Virus record (IMG/VR): IMGVR_UViG_3300029319_000007
DNA: 64,000 bases
Strand: one strand, 5' to 3'
Source: a virus
Below the pieces are notes generated by a model. That model did no database searches. It saw only the letters and a list, made by a program, of their open reading frames with translations, and had not been told where the DNA came from. Below, piece after piece: positions 1-8,526 of the stretch (position 1 is its first letter; each line of letters opens with the position of its first letter). The position numbers and the translations under genes are program-made.

Positions 1-152
1 CTAGGTGTTTTGAAACGCCAATGTTTGCATATATCATTTGTATATGGTCTTACAAGTAATACACCTTGTTCACCACGACCAATACGATATCTTTTATCAT
101 TCTTTTTAAATAATGTATTTTTATAATCTAAACTATAATCAAATTCAATCAT
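1..152 (-). CDS. DUF4385-like protein, N-terminal part (runs off window)
   Basis: Hand-translated from ATG at 152: MIEFDYSLDYKNTLFKKNDKRYRIGRGEQGVLLVRPYTNDICKHWRFKTP; the RIGRGEQGVL motif is typical of this family. Confidence 0.7.
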   Translation of the reverse strand, partial: MIEFDYSLDYKNTLFKKNDKRYRIGRGEQGVLLVRPYTNDICKHWRFKTP

Positions 153-292
153 AAACAACCTCCACCTATGTTTCCACTACACTCTAAACCATGTAGAAAT
201 AATCGTCTAGGAAAATCCCACTCAAACATTAAATATGCTACAATAGCAGCACAAATAAATGCTGTGATAATTGACATTACATGTATTCTCAT
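149..292 (-). CDS. small membrane protein (47 aa)
   Basis: Hand-translated MRIHVMSIITAFICAAIVAYLMFEWDFPRR...; ATGA overlap with next gene. Confidence 0.5.
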   Translation of the reverse strand: MRIHVMSIITAFICAAIVAYLMFEWDFPRRLFLHGLECSGNIGGGCL

Positions 293-358
293 TATATACC
301 TATTGAAAATATAAGAACACCAAAAATAAGTGCAAATAAAAGTATAACTTTAATAACC

Positions 359-613
359 TTAATCATCATTTTCATCCACAGGATCTAGATCATCATATAT
401 ATCTTCTATTTCAAAATCATCTTTTGGTTCTGGTTTATTTCTACCTTCTATTTCATCTACTAATTTTTTACCAGGCGATTTATTAAATCTCTCTGCTTTA
501 TTTCTTCTAGATACTTCTAATCCTAATTTAAGAAGTTCTTCTTCTTCTGCCCAAACTTCGTGAAAGTATTTCTTACTCATGTTCACCACCAGGATCATTT
601 TTAGGTAATGCAA
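359..613 (-). CDS. hypothetical protein
   Basis: ORF in tightly packed minus-strand run; true start probably the internal Met (MSKKYF). Confidence 0.6.
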   Translation of the reverse strand: MHYLKMILVVNMSKKYFHEVWAEEEELLKLGLEVSRRNKAERFNKSPGKKLVDEIEGRNKPEPKDDFEIEDIYDDLDPVDENDD

Positions 614-941
614 CTTTATATGGCATACCTTTTTCGTCCCTATACATTACATACTCACGACTTCTTCCATAACTAGTATAACCTTCTTTAAATCTATAAA
701 CATTTTCTGATACTTTAAATGTAGCAACTGTGACAACTATTGCTAATATCAAAATAAAATGTGCTATAAATGTAAAACCAAATACTGTCCATGAAGTAAA
801 ATATAAACTAAATGCGATACACCATAACCATGCTAATATTTGAATCATCATGTGGCGTACTTGTAAATCAGGAATATGTTTTAAAGGATTAAATCTATAA
901 TCCATAACACCATTCCAACAATCAACTACAAAACTTCTCAT
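573..941 (-). CDS. hypothetical membrane protein
   Basis: Two hydrophobic segments; coupled to upstream gene. Confidence 0.7.
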   Translation of the reverse strand: MRSFVVDCWNGVMDYRFNPLKHIPDLQVRHMMIQILAWLWCIAFSLYFTSWTVFGFTFIAHFILILAIVVTVATFKVSENVYRFKEGYTSYGRSREYVMYRDEKGMPYKVALPKNDPGGEHE

Positions 942-1240
942 AATCCCTCTATCTCATATTTTCTTATTACATTTTTTGTAGGTATAACAGTAGTGTTACC
1001 ACCATCGGCCATATTGCCTTTTTCATCATAGTTATAATCAGACATAAGGATATGTACCTTTTTATCTTTTTTAACTAACCAACCTGTCGAAACACAGATT
1101 GCAGGTTTTGATTCTTGTATTTCTTTTAAATCACGCCACCCACTATCACTTTGAATATCTTCCCAATATACTAGATAAAATTTATAGTGAAACGGTATTG
1201 GCGGTTCATCTTTTTTGAAAGTTCTAGTCTTTCTTGTCAT
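938..1240 (-). CDS. conserved phage hypothetical protein
   Basis: YWEDIQSDSGW...STGWLV motif seen in small phage proteins. Confidence 0.7.
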   Translation of the reverse strand: MTRKTRTFKKDEPPIPFHYKFYLVYWEDIQSDSGWRDLKEIQESKPAICVSTGWLVKKDKKVHILMSDYNYDEKGNMADGGNTTVIPTKNVIRKYEIEGL

Positions 1241-1321
1241 TCAACTTTTCCCCTATCGCATATATCATTAATGATATAAAAAGTAATATTAAAATAATAA
1301 TTCCTAATAATATATTCGTAA

Positions 1322-1876
1322 TCATGCAACTCCTTCAGCAAACCACTCAGGTATATCTCTTTTAGTCCATTTGGCAAAATACGCTTTTGCTTCTATATAG
1401 TAATTTCGATATGATTGAATACTATCGCCTGGCACTATACATTGTGGATAGTGTTGCATTGCAGGTGGTGGTTCACGCCAACCTTCACTAATATTATTAG
1501 GTGCATTTTCTAATATTCTATTTAATTTAAAATTTGTACTATGTACTTTACCGTATCTGTATGTATATTCATGACCTAGTGCTTTGAATAAATCATATAA
1601 CCAGAAATATTGTTGTTTTGTTTCTCTACACCATACGGCACTAGGATGATGATAATGTACCGCTTGATATAATTCATTTTGTCTTTTTTCATCTTCCATA
1701 ATATAACGCCATGTCTTACGACCTGTTTTACTTCTTGCCTCTGTTTTGATACCGTCATTCATACGGTGTGCTGTACAAAGCAACTGAGCAGATTCTACAA
1801 TCATTTTTACAACATGTTTATCAACATGCCATTTTGCTGCTGTAGTTGGATCTTTATGTAGATAAAAAATATTCAT
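1322..1876 (-). CDS. pyrimidine-dimer DNA glycosylase (DenV-like) family protein
   Basis: MNIFYL..DP..AA..H.DKHVVKMIVESAQLLCTAH, HPSAVW, EYTYRYGKVH and YRNYY motifs. Confidence 0.8.
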   Translation of the reverse strand: MNIFYLHKDPTTAAKWHVDKHVVKMIVESAQLLCTAHRMNDGIKTEARSKTGRKTWRYIMEDEKRQNELYQAVHYHHPSAVWCRETKQQYFWLYDLFKALGHEYTYRYGKVHSTNFKLNRILENAPNNISEGWREPPPAMQHYPQCIVPGDSIQSYRNYYIEAKAYFAKWTKRDIPEWFAEGVA

Positions 1877-1949
1877 TACAGACCTGCCATTTCAGAAAGA
1901 CCCCATAATAAAACAAAAGTCAGTACACTTATAAAAATTATGTATTTAA

Positions 1950-2156
1950 TCATTCTACTTCTCCTGATAGTTTATCAATAATACGATCTAAACCACCTTC
2001 AATCTCTGTTAATGCACGGTCTATTTCGTTTATATCCATTTCAATTTTTATCACTTTCGTATCAACTGTTTGTTTATTATTACCACACCAAAATGCAACT
2101 AATAGTGCTGCAATAATAGATATCAGTATTATATCATAATATTTTCTCATAGTCAA
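1950..2156 (-). CDS. small membrane-anchored hypothetical protein
   Basis: N-terminal TM segment plus coiled coil. Confidence 0.55.
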   Translation of the reverse strand: MTMRKYYDIILISIIAALLVAFWCGNNKQTVDTKVIKIEMDINEIDRALTEIEGGLDRIIDKLSGEVE

Positions 2157-2159
2157 TCC

Positions 2160-2288
2160 TTAATATTGTTCAATTAATAACATCATAGCATATAAATGAT
2201 GAAACCAAATATACTTCATATCTTTTGGTGCTGTATTATATGCCTTTTCTAAAGCGTTTACTCTTTTCCAATATGTTTTATAACTCAT
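2160..2288 (-). CDS. small hypothetical protein (42 aa)
   Basis: Hand-translated MSYKTYWKRVNALEKAY...; fills the gap between genes. Confidence 0.45.
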   Translation of the reverse strand: MSYKTYWKRVNALEKAYNTAPKDMKYIWFHHLYAMMLLIEQY

Positions 2289-2913
2289 ATACACCTTCTA
2301 TATTATACATTATAACTTTTTTAACTAACTCTGTGTAGGTTTGTTTAGTGGCATACTTATCTAATGTATCAACTAATTCATAAACATCGCCACCGTTTTC
2401 TCTTACTTCTCTAAAATTTTCATATGCAAATACTGTGTTTATAATTCTAATATAATCTTTTACACTATCGCATTTATTATCATAAACTTTTACACCCCAA
2501 CCAATCCATTTGTTTTGATCCCAACCTATAGGCAATAACCATTTACTATCTTTATCAAATGTACGAATGCCAAATAAATTATTACCTTCGTTTGCAAATC
2601 TACTTGTACCCCAACCAGTTTCTAATGCTGCTTGAGCGATAATTATTTTTTTAGGTATGTGTAGTTCTTTTGGTAATGTTGAATAATGATAATCTATACA
2701 TTGAGATAAAGTCATTACAAAATCATCTTTACCATTAGTTGTGTTGATTGTATAATTTGCAGGTTCAATCTTTACGATTGGTGCAGGTGTTGTGTCCTCT
2801 TTGCCGTCATAGAAATCAGCACAACCATCATCCGTGCAATTATTCATTTGTTCGTTTGCAATTGCAAATGCAAGTAAACCTGCAATAATAAATGTAATTG
2901 AAAATAGTTTCAT
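2278..2913 (-). CDS. GH73 glucosaminidase (Bax/FlgJ-like) peptidoglycan hydrolase with signal peptide
   Basis: AQAALETGWGTSRFANEGNNLFGI and YAT motifs; start moved to MKLFSITF (2913), which has a GAGG RBS. Confidence 0.85.
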   Translation of the reverse strand: MKLFSITFIIAGLLAFAIANEQMNNCTDDGCADFYDGKEDTTPAPIVKIEPANYTINTTNGKDDFVMTLSQCIDYHYSTLPKELHIPKKIIIAQAALETGWGTSRFANEGNNLFGIRTFDKDSKWLLPIGWDQNKWIGWGVKVYDNKCDSVKDYIRIINTVFAYENFREVRENGGDVYELVDTLDKYATKQTYTELVKKVIMYNIEGVYEL

Positions 2914-2926
2914 ATTGACCTCGTTA

Positions 2927-3139
2927 TTATTTATTTGACCACAAAAATTGTTCGATCTCTGCCCAACATTCGTGTTCATTATCATAGTCAGCAGTAAAAC
3001 CAACAAATGACCAATCAATATTTAAAGTCTTAGCATATTCTAAAACTTTTTCAACTGATTCGCCAGATTTAACTTTTGTGATTAGTTCTTCAACGGCATT
3101 TTCTGCCTCGTCATGTAACCATGCTTTTACTTTACCCAT
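2927..3139 (-). CDS. early hypothetical protein
   Basis: GAAAGGA RBS; first gene after promoter cassette 1. Confidence 0.7.
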   Translation of the reverse strand: MGKVKAWLHDEAENAVEELITKVKSGESVEKVLEYAKTLNIDWSFVGFTADYDNEHECWAEIEQFLWSNK

Positions 3140-3173
3140 AATGTATCCTTTCGTTTAATCATAATATTGTTAT

Positions 3174-3270
3174 ATAATACACTAAAATACTGATAAAGTC
3201 AAGCATTATTAAATAAAAAAACCCCTGGTTTCCCAAGGGTTTTGAAAATAGAGGTGCGACATAATGTCGC
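3174..3270 (-). promoter_or_regulatory. promoter cassette copy 1 (sigma70 TTGACT-17-TATTAT with upstream GCGAC-N5-GTCGC palindrome)
   Basis: -10 at 3174-3179, -35 at 3197-3202, palindrome at 3256-3270. Confidence 0.7.
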
Positions 3271-3272
3271 TA

Positions 3273-3728
3273 TTATGCGTTTTTTCGCATGAAATCGTCA
3301 TTCCAACCAAATGCTTCTTTGATTAGATTCGCTGTTAACCCCTTGTAGTGTTTGTTTAATTCTTTGTCTTTTGCCTGGATTAGAAGGTTTGCCTCTTCTT
3401 CACATAATCCTTCTAACATTTGTATGAACATATTATCTCTTTTTATTTGAGATAATTGTGGATTACCACCTTCTAAAAAATGAAACATTCTTTTAACTTC
3501 TTGTTTCAACCATGTATGTTCAGTACCTATCGGCGCTTCATTCTTTTTGAATGGTGGTTTACCTTCTGGTAATAACCAGACTAACTTAGGACTAAATGCA
3601 CCTTTCAAAAACATTCTTAATTCATTTGTATCATATCTTCTTAATACTTCAATCTTCTTAGGTTTATCTTTTGCATTATTAACCTTTGTTAATATTTCGT
3701 GAAAAGATAAATTATAATTATCTGCCAT
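3273..3728 (-). CDS. conserved T4-like phage protein (DUF6433-like)
   Basis: WLLPEGKPPF...KRDNMFIQMLEGL motif; usual neighbour of rnh. Confidence 0.7.
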   Translation of the reverse strand: MADNYNLSFHEILTKVNNAKDKPKKIEVLRRYDTNELRMFLKGAFSPKLVWLLPEGKPPFKKNEAPIGTEHTWLKQEVKRMFHFLEGGNPQLSQIKRDNMFIQMLEGLCEEEANLLIQAKDKELNKHYKGLTANLIKEAFGWNDDFMRKNA

Positions 3729-3729
3729 T

Positions 3730-4614
3730 TTAAAACTCCTCTATTTTTCCTATCAGTTCTTTCAAATCATTGTTAATTAAATAAGGTAATATCTTACTGC
3801 GATTTGCAACAGTAATTTCTGCCTCTTGATACTCATTATATATATCATTTTCTAATTCGTCTGGAATGAAATCAAAATCTATAAGTCTTTGATTACGCTG
3901 ATAATTACGATAATGATATTCATTACAAAAATCTTGTGGGTCATTACCTCTCATTAAACTATCAATCCAACCTGCTAACTTTTTCTTCATTACAGGTTTT
4001 TGTTTTATATTATTAATAAATGTATCATCTGGTGATAAAAAATTAGGTATACCATCTGATGTGTCACCTCTTAAAATATGTTCATAAACATATTCTTGAG
4101 GACTATCAGATTCAATAAACTTTTTTTGTATAGGTGCATATTGTATAACATTAGGATATTTTTGTAATTGTTGAAAGTCTTTGTCACCTGATATAATTAA
4201 ATACTTTTCATTAAACCATTTGTTTACTGTCTTCTTTATTATTACTGCAATAATATCATCTGCTTCAACACGATCTAATTGTACAACTTTGTAAGGAAAG
4301 TTTTCTTTTATTTCTTCTTTTAATGTATGTATTAAACCAAATACTTCTTCCCAATCTGTAGTTGATTCACTTCTACCTTCTCTGCGTTTTGCTTTGTAGT
4401 GTTCAAAAATATCTCTACGCCAAGGATTAGGACCGTCAACGGCGATAACTATATCACCTGGATAATCATTTCTAAATCTATGTACATAACCTCGTATTGA
4501 ATTTAATACCATGTGTCTAACCATAGGTATCGATAAGACATTCTTATCTTTACTCATTGCTAGTTGTACGGCGATGTTAGATATTGCTACTTGGGAATAA
4601 TCAATTAGTATCAT
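3730..4614 (-). CDS. rnh: T4-type RNase H / 5'-3' exonuclease
   Basis: ILID, YKAKR, EADDII, SGDKDFQQL and GDTSDGIPN motifs. Confidence 0.93.
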   Translation of the reverse strand: MILIDYSQVAISNIAVQLAMSKDKNVLSIPMVRHMVLNSIRGYVHRFRNDYPGDIVIAVDGPNPWRRDIFEHYKAKRREGRSESTTDWEEVFGLIHTLKEEIKENFPYKVVQLDRVEADDIIAVIIKKTVNKWFNEKYLIISGDKDFQQLQKYPNVIQYAPIQKKFIESDSPQEYVYEHILRGDTSDGIPNFLSPDDTFINNIKQKPVMKKKLAGWIDSLMRGNDPQDFCNEYHYRNYQRNQRLIDFDFIPDELENDIYNEYQEAEITVANRSKILPYLINNDLKELIGKIEEF

Positions 4615-5023
4615 TAAAATCTATTTCACTTTCAAATTCTATAATGTTTTCGGGTTTACCTTCAGGTACTTTGACAATCTTTGTGCCAGAATAATTAACA
4701 ACTGAATATTTTCTACCTTTTAGTTTTTCAACATACATCATTTTATCTGTTATATTATGAAAAGGATGGTTTAAATCCATTTCTCTATATAACATTGCTC
4801 TAAATGCTTCTAGAAATATACCTACATCTAGAAAAGTTTTAGTACCTTGAGGTTTACCTATATTTAAACCTTCTTGTTGTAATGACGCCACTAACTGAAT
4901 AATCATATCATCTGCTAGTGCGTCTGCATATTTCTTAGTCTGTTGCTCTTCTATAGAATCTAAATTATCTACATCTGAAATAGATAATTCTTCGCCATGA
5001 GGAAAAGATAAAACTTTAGCCAT
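4601..5023 (-). CDS. hypothetical protein
   Basis: ORF coupled to neighbours. Confidence 0.65.
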   Translation of the reverse strand: MAKVLSFPHGEELSISDVDNLDSIEEQQTKKYADALADDMIIQLVASLQQEGLNIGKPQGTKTFLDVGIFLEAFRAMLYREMDLNHPFHNITDKMMYVEKLKGRKYSVVNYSGTKIVKVPEGKPENIIEFESEIDFNDTN

Positions 5024-5306
5024 GTATTATTTCGCCTTTAAAATTCAGTTTACCTTCATTGATAAAATGTTCTCTAAGGTCTGTATACCCACCAATGAGC
5101 GTATCCTCATTCATAATTTGTGGCATAGACCTAACTTGTTTACCTATCATTTCAAACATCTGGTCTATAGTGACGGTATATTTTCCGTCACTTCCAGACA
5201 TACCAGTAGATAGTTTATATTCCTCAAAAGGAATATTCAATTTGTCTAACAATACCTTTGCTTTTGTGCAATATACACAACTAGGTTTTGTAAAGACTTT
5301 ATACAT
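5016..5306 (-). CDS. glutaredoxin (NrdC-like)
   Basis: CVYC active site, MPQI cis-Pro and IGGY motifs. Confidence 0.9.
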   Translation of the reverse strand: MYKVFTKPSCVYCTKAKVLLDKLNIPFEEYKLSTGMSGSDGKYTVTIDQMFEMIGKQVRSMPQIMNEDTLIGGYTDLREHFINEGKLNFKGEIIHG

Positions 5307-5926
5307 TATATTAACTCCTCGCTTACTTGAGGAACAGGAATCGCTGATAACTCATCTTCAAATTCCTCAACAGCATTGTCTATTTTGTCTTTACTATTTA
5401 TACTATGTTGTAAAGCAATCTCTTGTTGTATCATATCATACAATTTATTTGCCTCACCCATAGGTAGTTTAAGACCTACATAAACTCTATACTCGCCCAT
5501 AGGAGTAATAGTGACTTTGATTTTCCAGTTCTCATAACCTTGAACCTTAGTCTCTTTTATTTTATTGATAATAGTAATCTCTGTTTGAGATATAGCAGTT
5601 TTATTACCTGCACCTATTTCAACATTACCTGTTTCAGTTCTATAGAGAGAAGTTTTTTCATTCATTTCTCCGTGCAAAATATCAGCAATCTCTGCTTTTG
5701 CAATCAATTGTGCTTTTTCTTTTGCTAACTGTAAATCAGGACTTGTTGATGTACCTGCACCATAGATAAAGTTTTTATCTTTTTTCTTGTTAGGGTATTC
5801 TAGATACCAAGTGGGTACAACTTCAGTTAAGTTATCGCCATTACTTTCTTCTACATCTATTTTTGTCATACCACTACATGATACAACAAACAATGCAAGT
5901 AATAACATCATTAATATATTCTTCAT
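5306..5926 (-). CDS. LPP20-like lipoprotein
   Basis: Lipobox VVSC; PTWY; G.G.S.DLQLA..KA...AK motif. Confidence 0.75.
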   Translation of the reverse strand: MKNILMMLLLALFVVSCSGMTKIDVEESNGDNLTEVVPTWYLEYPNKKKDKNFIYGAGTSTSPDLQLAKEKAQLIAKAEIADILHGEMNEKTSLYRTETGNVEIGAGNKTAISQTEITIINKIKETKVQGYENWKIKVTITPMGEYRVYVGLKLPMGEANKLYDMIQQEIALQHSINSKDKIDNAVEEFEDELSAIPVPQVSEELI

Positions 5927-6054
5927 TCGCTAGTCACCTCCTTAAATGCTTCTATAGTGTTTACAACACTATCCCAAAAGTCGAATACAACTGTTGGTCC
6001 ATAAACGGTCACAACCATATAACCTATTATAAAACCTATTATTAATTTAATCAT
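5923..6054 (-). CDS. small membrane protein (43 aa)
   Basis: Hand-translated MIKLIIGFIIGYMVVTVYGP...; ATGA-type overlaps on both sides. Confidence 0.55.
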   Translation of the reverse strand: MIKLIIGFIIGYMVVTVYGPTVVFDFWDSVVNTIEAFKEVTSE

Positions 6055-6380
6055 GGGTACCTCCAAGTTCCATCTTCATTTAAACATACTTTCTTAGGTA
6101 GTTTAAATAATCCTTCACCTTTTACATAACGACAGTATTCTTGTTCAGATACGCCGGCATAATAAAATTTTGCAAATAGTTCCCAATAAGTAGGACCTAC
6201 ATTGCCGTCCCTACACACCATTTTAGTTTCTAATAAAACTTCTTTATCTGGTGTATAAATTTTTTGTATAACACAATTACTTTCCATAGTGTGAGCATAT
6301 GAATAATTTACTTTAAATAATAATATTGCTATTACTAAAGAAATAAAAATCATAATTGAAAATTTAAACGGTGTCATCAT
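6051..6380 (-). CDS. secreted/membrane Cys-containing hypothetical protein
   Basis: N-terminal hydrophobic segment; C-terminal CR...CL..DGTW motif echoing the neighbouring lipoprotein. Confidence 0.65.
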   Translation of the reverse strand: MMTPFKFSIMIFISLVIAILLFKVNYSYAHTMESNCVIQKIYTPDKEVLLETKMVCRDGNVGPTYWELFAKFYYAGVSEQEYCRYVKGEGLFKLPKKVCLNEDGTWRYP

Positions 6381-6739
6381 ATCATTCTCTCAATTATTTG
6401 CCATCTACCATCAGGTAGTTGACATGCTTTACCAAACTCTGTACTTCTATCTCTACTTGATATTGAGTATAGAGGGAATGTGTCTTGTATATCAACGGTT
6501 GATGTATAATCAACACATTTAAAACCGTTATCAATATATGATCTAGTTATTTTAATATCACCTTTATTACCTGTTTTAGGGTTGTGCCACATTAAATAAC
6601 TTGATTTGCCTGAAGGCATATTATTTAAATGATCTACAAACATTTCACTATGTACTGTTCTATCATGCATACCTAAGTTTGTGCATGAAAATAGAAAAGG
6701 TAATAATAATAAACTAGATAAGTGCTTCAAGTTCTTCAT
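6377..6739 (-). CDS. 17-kDa surface antigen (RT0821/Lpp0805-like) lipoprotein
   Basis: Lipobox LFSC; WHNPKTGNKG, C..Y and GKACQLPDGRWQI motifs. Confidence 0.75.
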   Translation of the reverse strand: MKNLKHLSSLLLLPFLFSCTNLGMHDRTVHSEMFVDHLNNMPSGKSSYLMWHNPKTGNKGDIKITRSYIDNGFKCVDYTSTVDIQDTFPLYSISSRDRSTEFGKACQLPDGRWQIIERMI

Positions 6740-7022
6740 GTGTCAATGGTTTATCATCGCCTGATGATTGCGAAACTTCAAAAGTATCTTTTAAGATATC
6801 TTCATCTTTTTCATCTTTTGATTTATATACAGGCCATGCTTTTGTGCCTTCGTGACATTGGGCAAGATTTTCCCAATTCACATCATAAGGTAAATTTAGA
6901 GAACCCATTTCTCTAAGAAACTTCGCTTTCTGTTTGCCTGTTTTATAAGAATTAAATTCTGCCATGATAGCAGGCATTGATAAGTCGTTGTCTAGTATAA
7001 TTTGTTTTTTAGTTTTTTTCAT
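6714..7022 (-). CDS. hypothetical protein
   Basis: GGAG RBS; packed ORF. Confidence 0.65.
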   Translation of the reverse strand: MKKTKKQIILDNDLSMPAIMAEFNSYKTGKQKAKFLREMGSLNLPYDVNWENLAQCHEGTKAWPVYKSKDEKDEDILKDTFEVSQSSGDDKPLTHEELEALI

Positions 7023-7026
7023 AATG

Positions 7027-7419
7027 CTATCTCCCTATATCTTTTATGTTGTTTTTAGTAATCACTTGATACGCCCCTTTATTATAAGCAGGTGCAACAG
7101 TAAACTTTTTACTTTCTTCTAATCGCCAGTTATGATGAGGTTTAGTACCACCTGACTTCTGGCGAGGACGAAGGGACTCGAACCCTCGACCTCCTGCGTG
7201 ACAGGCAGGCGTTCTAACCGGCTGAACTACGCCCTCATTTCTAGTTTCATACCAATTAGGTATAACTCTAAAACTCTTTGTATCTATCTTTCTATCAGGA
7301 TCAATGCCTAATGATCTAAGATACTTTCTTTGTTCATCTACTGCCTGACGATAAGACTTATTTTTAATAACTTTTTTAAATCGTCTAGGACTTGAATTGT
7401 GTGTGTAAATTATTGCCAT
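7027..7419 (-). CDS. T4-like phage hypothetical protein (APAYNKGAYQVI motif) with in-frame nested tRNA
   Basis: Uninterrupted 130-codon ORF directly after a consensus promoter; C-terminal TVAPAYNKGAYQVI motif recalled from T4-like phage proteins. Confidence 0.75.
   Translation of the reverse strand: MAIIYTHNSSPRRFKKVIKNKSYRQAVDEQRKYLRSLGIDPDRKIDTKSFRVIPNWYETRNEGVVQPVRTPACHAGGRGFESLRPRQKSGGTKPHHNWRLEESKKFTVAPAYNKGAYQVITKNNIKDIGR
7160..7236 (-). tRNA. tRNA-Asp(GUC), 77 nt, encoded CCA
   Basis: GAGGGCG-TA-GTTC-AGCCGGTTA-GAAC-G-CCTGC-CTGTCAC-GCAGG-AGGTC-GAGGG-TTCGAGT-CCCTT-CGTCCTC-G-CCA; all four stems pair; G73 discriminator. Confidence 0.95.
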
Positions 7420-7427
7420 TCTTGTAT

Positions 7428-7456
7428 ATTATATAGGAAAAAGGGTTAATTGTCAA
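7428..7456 (-). promoter_or_regulatory. consensus sigma70 promoter TTGACA-17-TATAAT
   Basis: -35 at 7451-7456, -10 at 7428-7433; predicted start next to the ATG at 7419. Confidence 0.85.
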
Positions 7457-7625
7457 GCATTAATTTTTGTTGATTTTCTTGATCTTTTTCAAACTCCTCA
7501 ACCATATTCTCATATTTTTCAACAGTTTGATCAATAATACCACTAACTCTTTTCTTTGATTCTATGGTATTTAATGACATTTGAATTGATCTTAACTCGT
7601 CAATAAATGTTAAAATATCTAGCAT
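7446..7625 (-). CDS. small coiled-coil hypothetical protein (59 aa)
   Basis: Hand-translated MLDILTFIDELRSIQMSLNTIESKKRV...; AAGGAG RBS. Confidence 0.6.
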   Translation of the reverse strand: MLDILTFIDELRSIQMSLNTIESKKRVSGIIDQTVEKYENMVEEFEKDQENQQKLMLDN

Positions 7626-8002
7626 TGTGTACTCTCCTTCTTTTCATTAAAATCTTTTAATAACATAAACGGTACTTTCTGACCATAGTCATGATAATAA
7701 CTAGAATCAGCATACGGTGTATCGTGTAAATCATACACATCACTATATGTCTTATAATATTCTTCATCATCTACGATAAAAACCTCAGATGATTGCAACT
7801 GATCAGGATCAATCTTGTAATCCTTCTTGCTCTCATAGTCTGCATAAACTTGATCTGCATTTTCTTTGAGAGATGGAATTGCATCCTTCATTTTGAACAA
7901 TTCAGAATACGGAACATTTCTGTAAATTGTCCATGAATTAGCAAATGTACCAGGATCTTCATGATCCCAATAGTGTCTTGAATAAACAACATGAAACGCC
8001 AT
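7619..8002 (-). CDS. hypothetical protein
   Basis: ORF in early operon. Confidence 0.65.
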   Translation of the reverse strand: MAFHVVYSRHYWDHEDPGTFANSWTIYRNVPYSELFKMKDAIPSLKENADQVYADYESKKDYKIDPDQLQSSEVFIVDDEEYYKTYSDVYDLHDTPYADSSYYHDYGQKVPFMLLKDFNEKKESTQC

Positions 8003-8006
8003 TATA

Positions 8007-8147
8007 TTATTTGCCCCCTAACATGTGAAGAACATACCACCATGTATATTCTTTTGAATTTTCTACACCAAACATCCATAAGATGTCGATAAAACCTAAC
8101 CCTAATATTGCCATAAAACTAAAAGTAAATAATTCTGATTTTGTCAT
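8007..8147 (-). CDS. small membrane protein (46 aa)
   Basis: Hand-translated MTKSELFTFSFMAILGLGFIDILWMFG...; GAAAGGA RBS. Confidence 0.55.
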   Translation of the reverse strand: MTKSELFTFSFMAILGLGFIDILWMFGVENSKEYTWWYVLHMLGGK

Positions 8148-8165
8148 AATATAGTTTCCTTTCGT

Positions 8166-8498
8166 TTATCTTAAATATAATGGACCAGTCCATTGTATTG
8201 GGTAATTACCTTCGAGGACATTACCTCTTGGTGAATTTAAAGCAGGTCTTGCCCAACTTGCAGGTTTAAGAACATCACCTTCTTTAAAATGTCTAAATGC
8301 TTTCTTTACAATGAAAGAATGAACAGAGTGTTTAGCAATAATCTTAATAAACTTTTGTCCTTCTTTTACAGACCATGAGTTAGCAAACTCTTGTTTCATA
8401 TTTTCATTCTGAGTATCTTTATTGTAATCTTCAATAGAAGCATTAATTAAGTTTTGAATGCCTTCTTTGATGTTTTTTGATGGTTTAACTTTAATCAT
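8166..8498 (-). CDS. conserved early phage protein
   Basis: GDVLKPASWARPA...RGN...WTGPLYL motif; start moved to MIKVKP, which has a GAAAGGA RBS. Confidence 0.75.
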   Translation of the reverse strand: MIKVKPSKNIKEGIQNLINASIEDYNKDTQNENMKQEFANSWSVKEGQKFIKIIAKHSVHSFIVKKAFRHFKEGDVLKPASWARPALNSPRGNVLEGNYPIQWTGPLYLR

Positions 8499-8526
8499 AA
8501 TGTATATCCTTTCGAAATATATGTAC

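Noticed and set aside
7160-7236. tRNA as an attP site or prophage boundary
   Set aside because: It is full length rather than a 3' fragment, no integrase is in the window, and phage-type genes continue on both sides. The rest of the genome is unseen.
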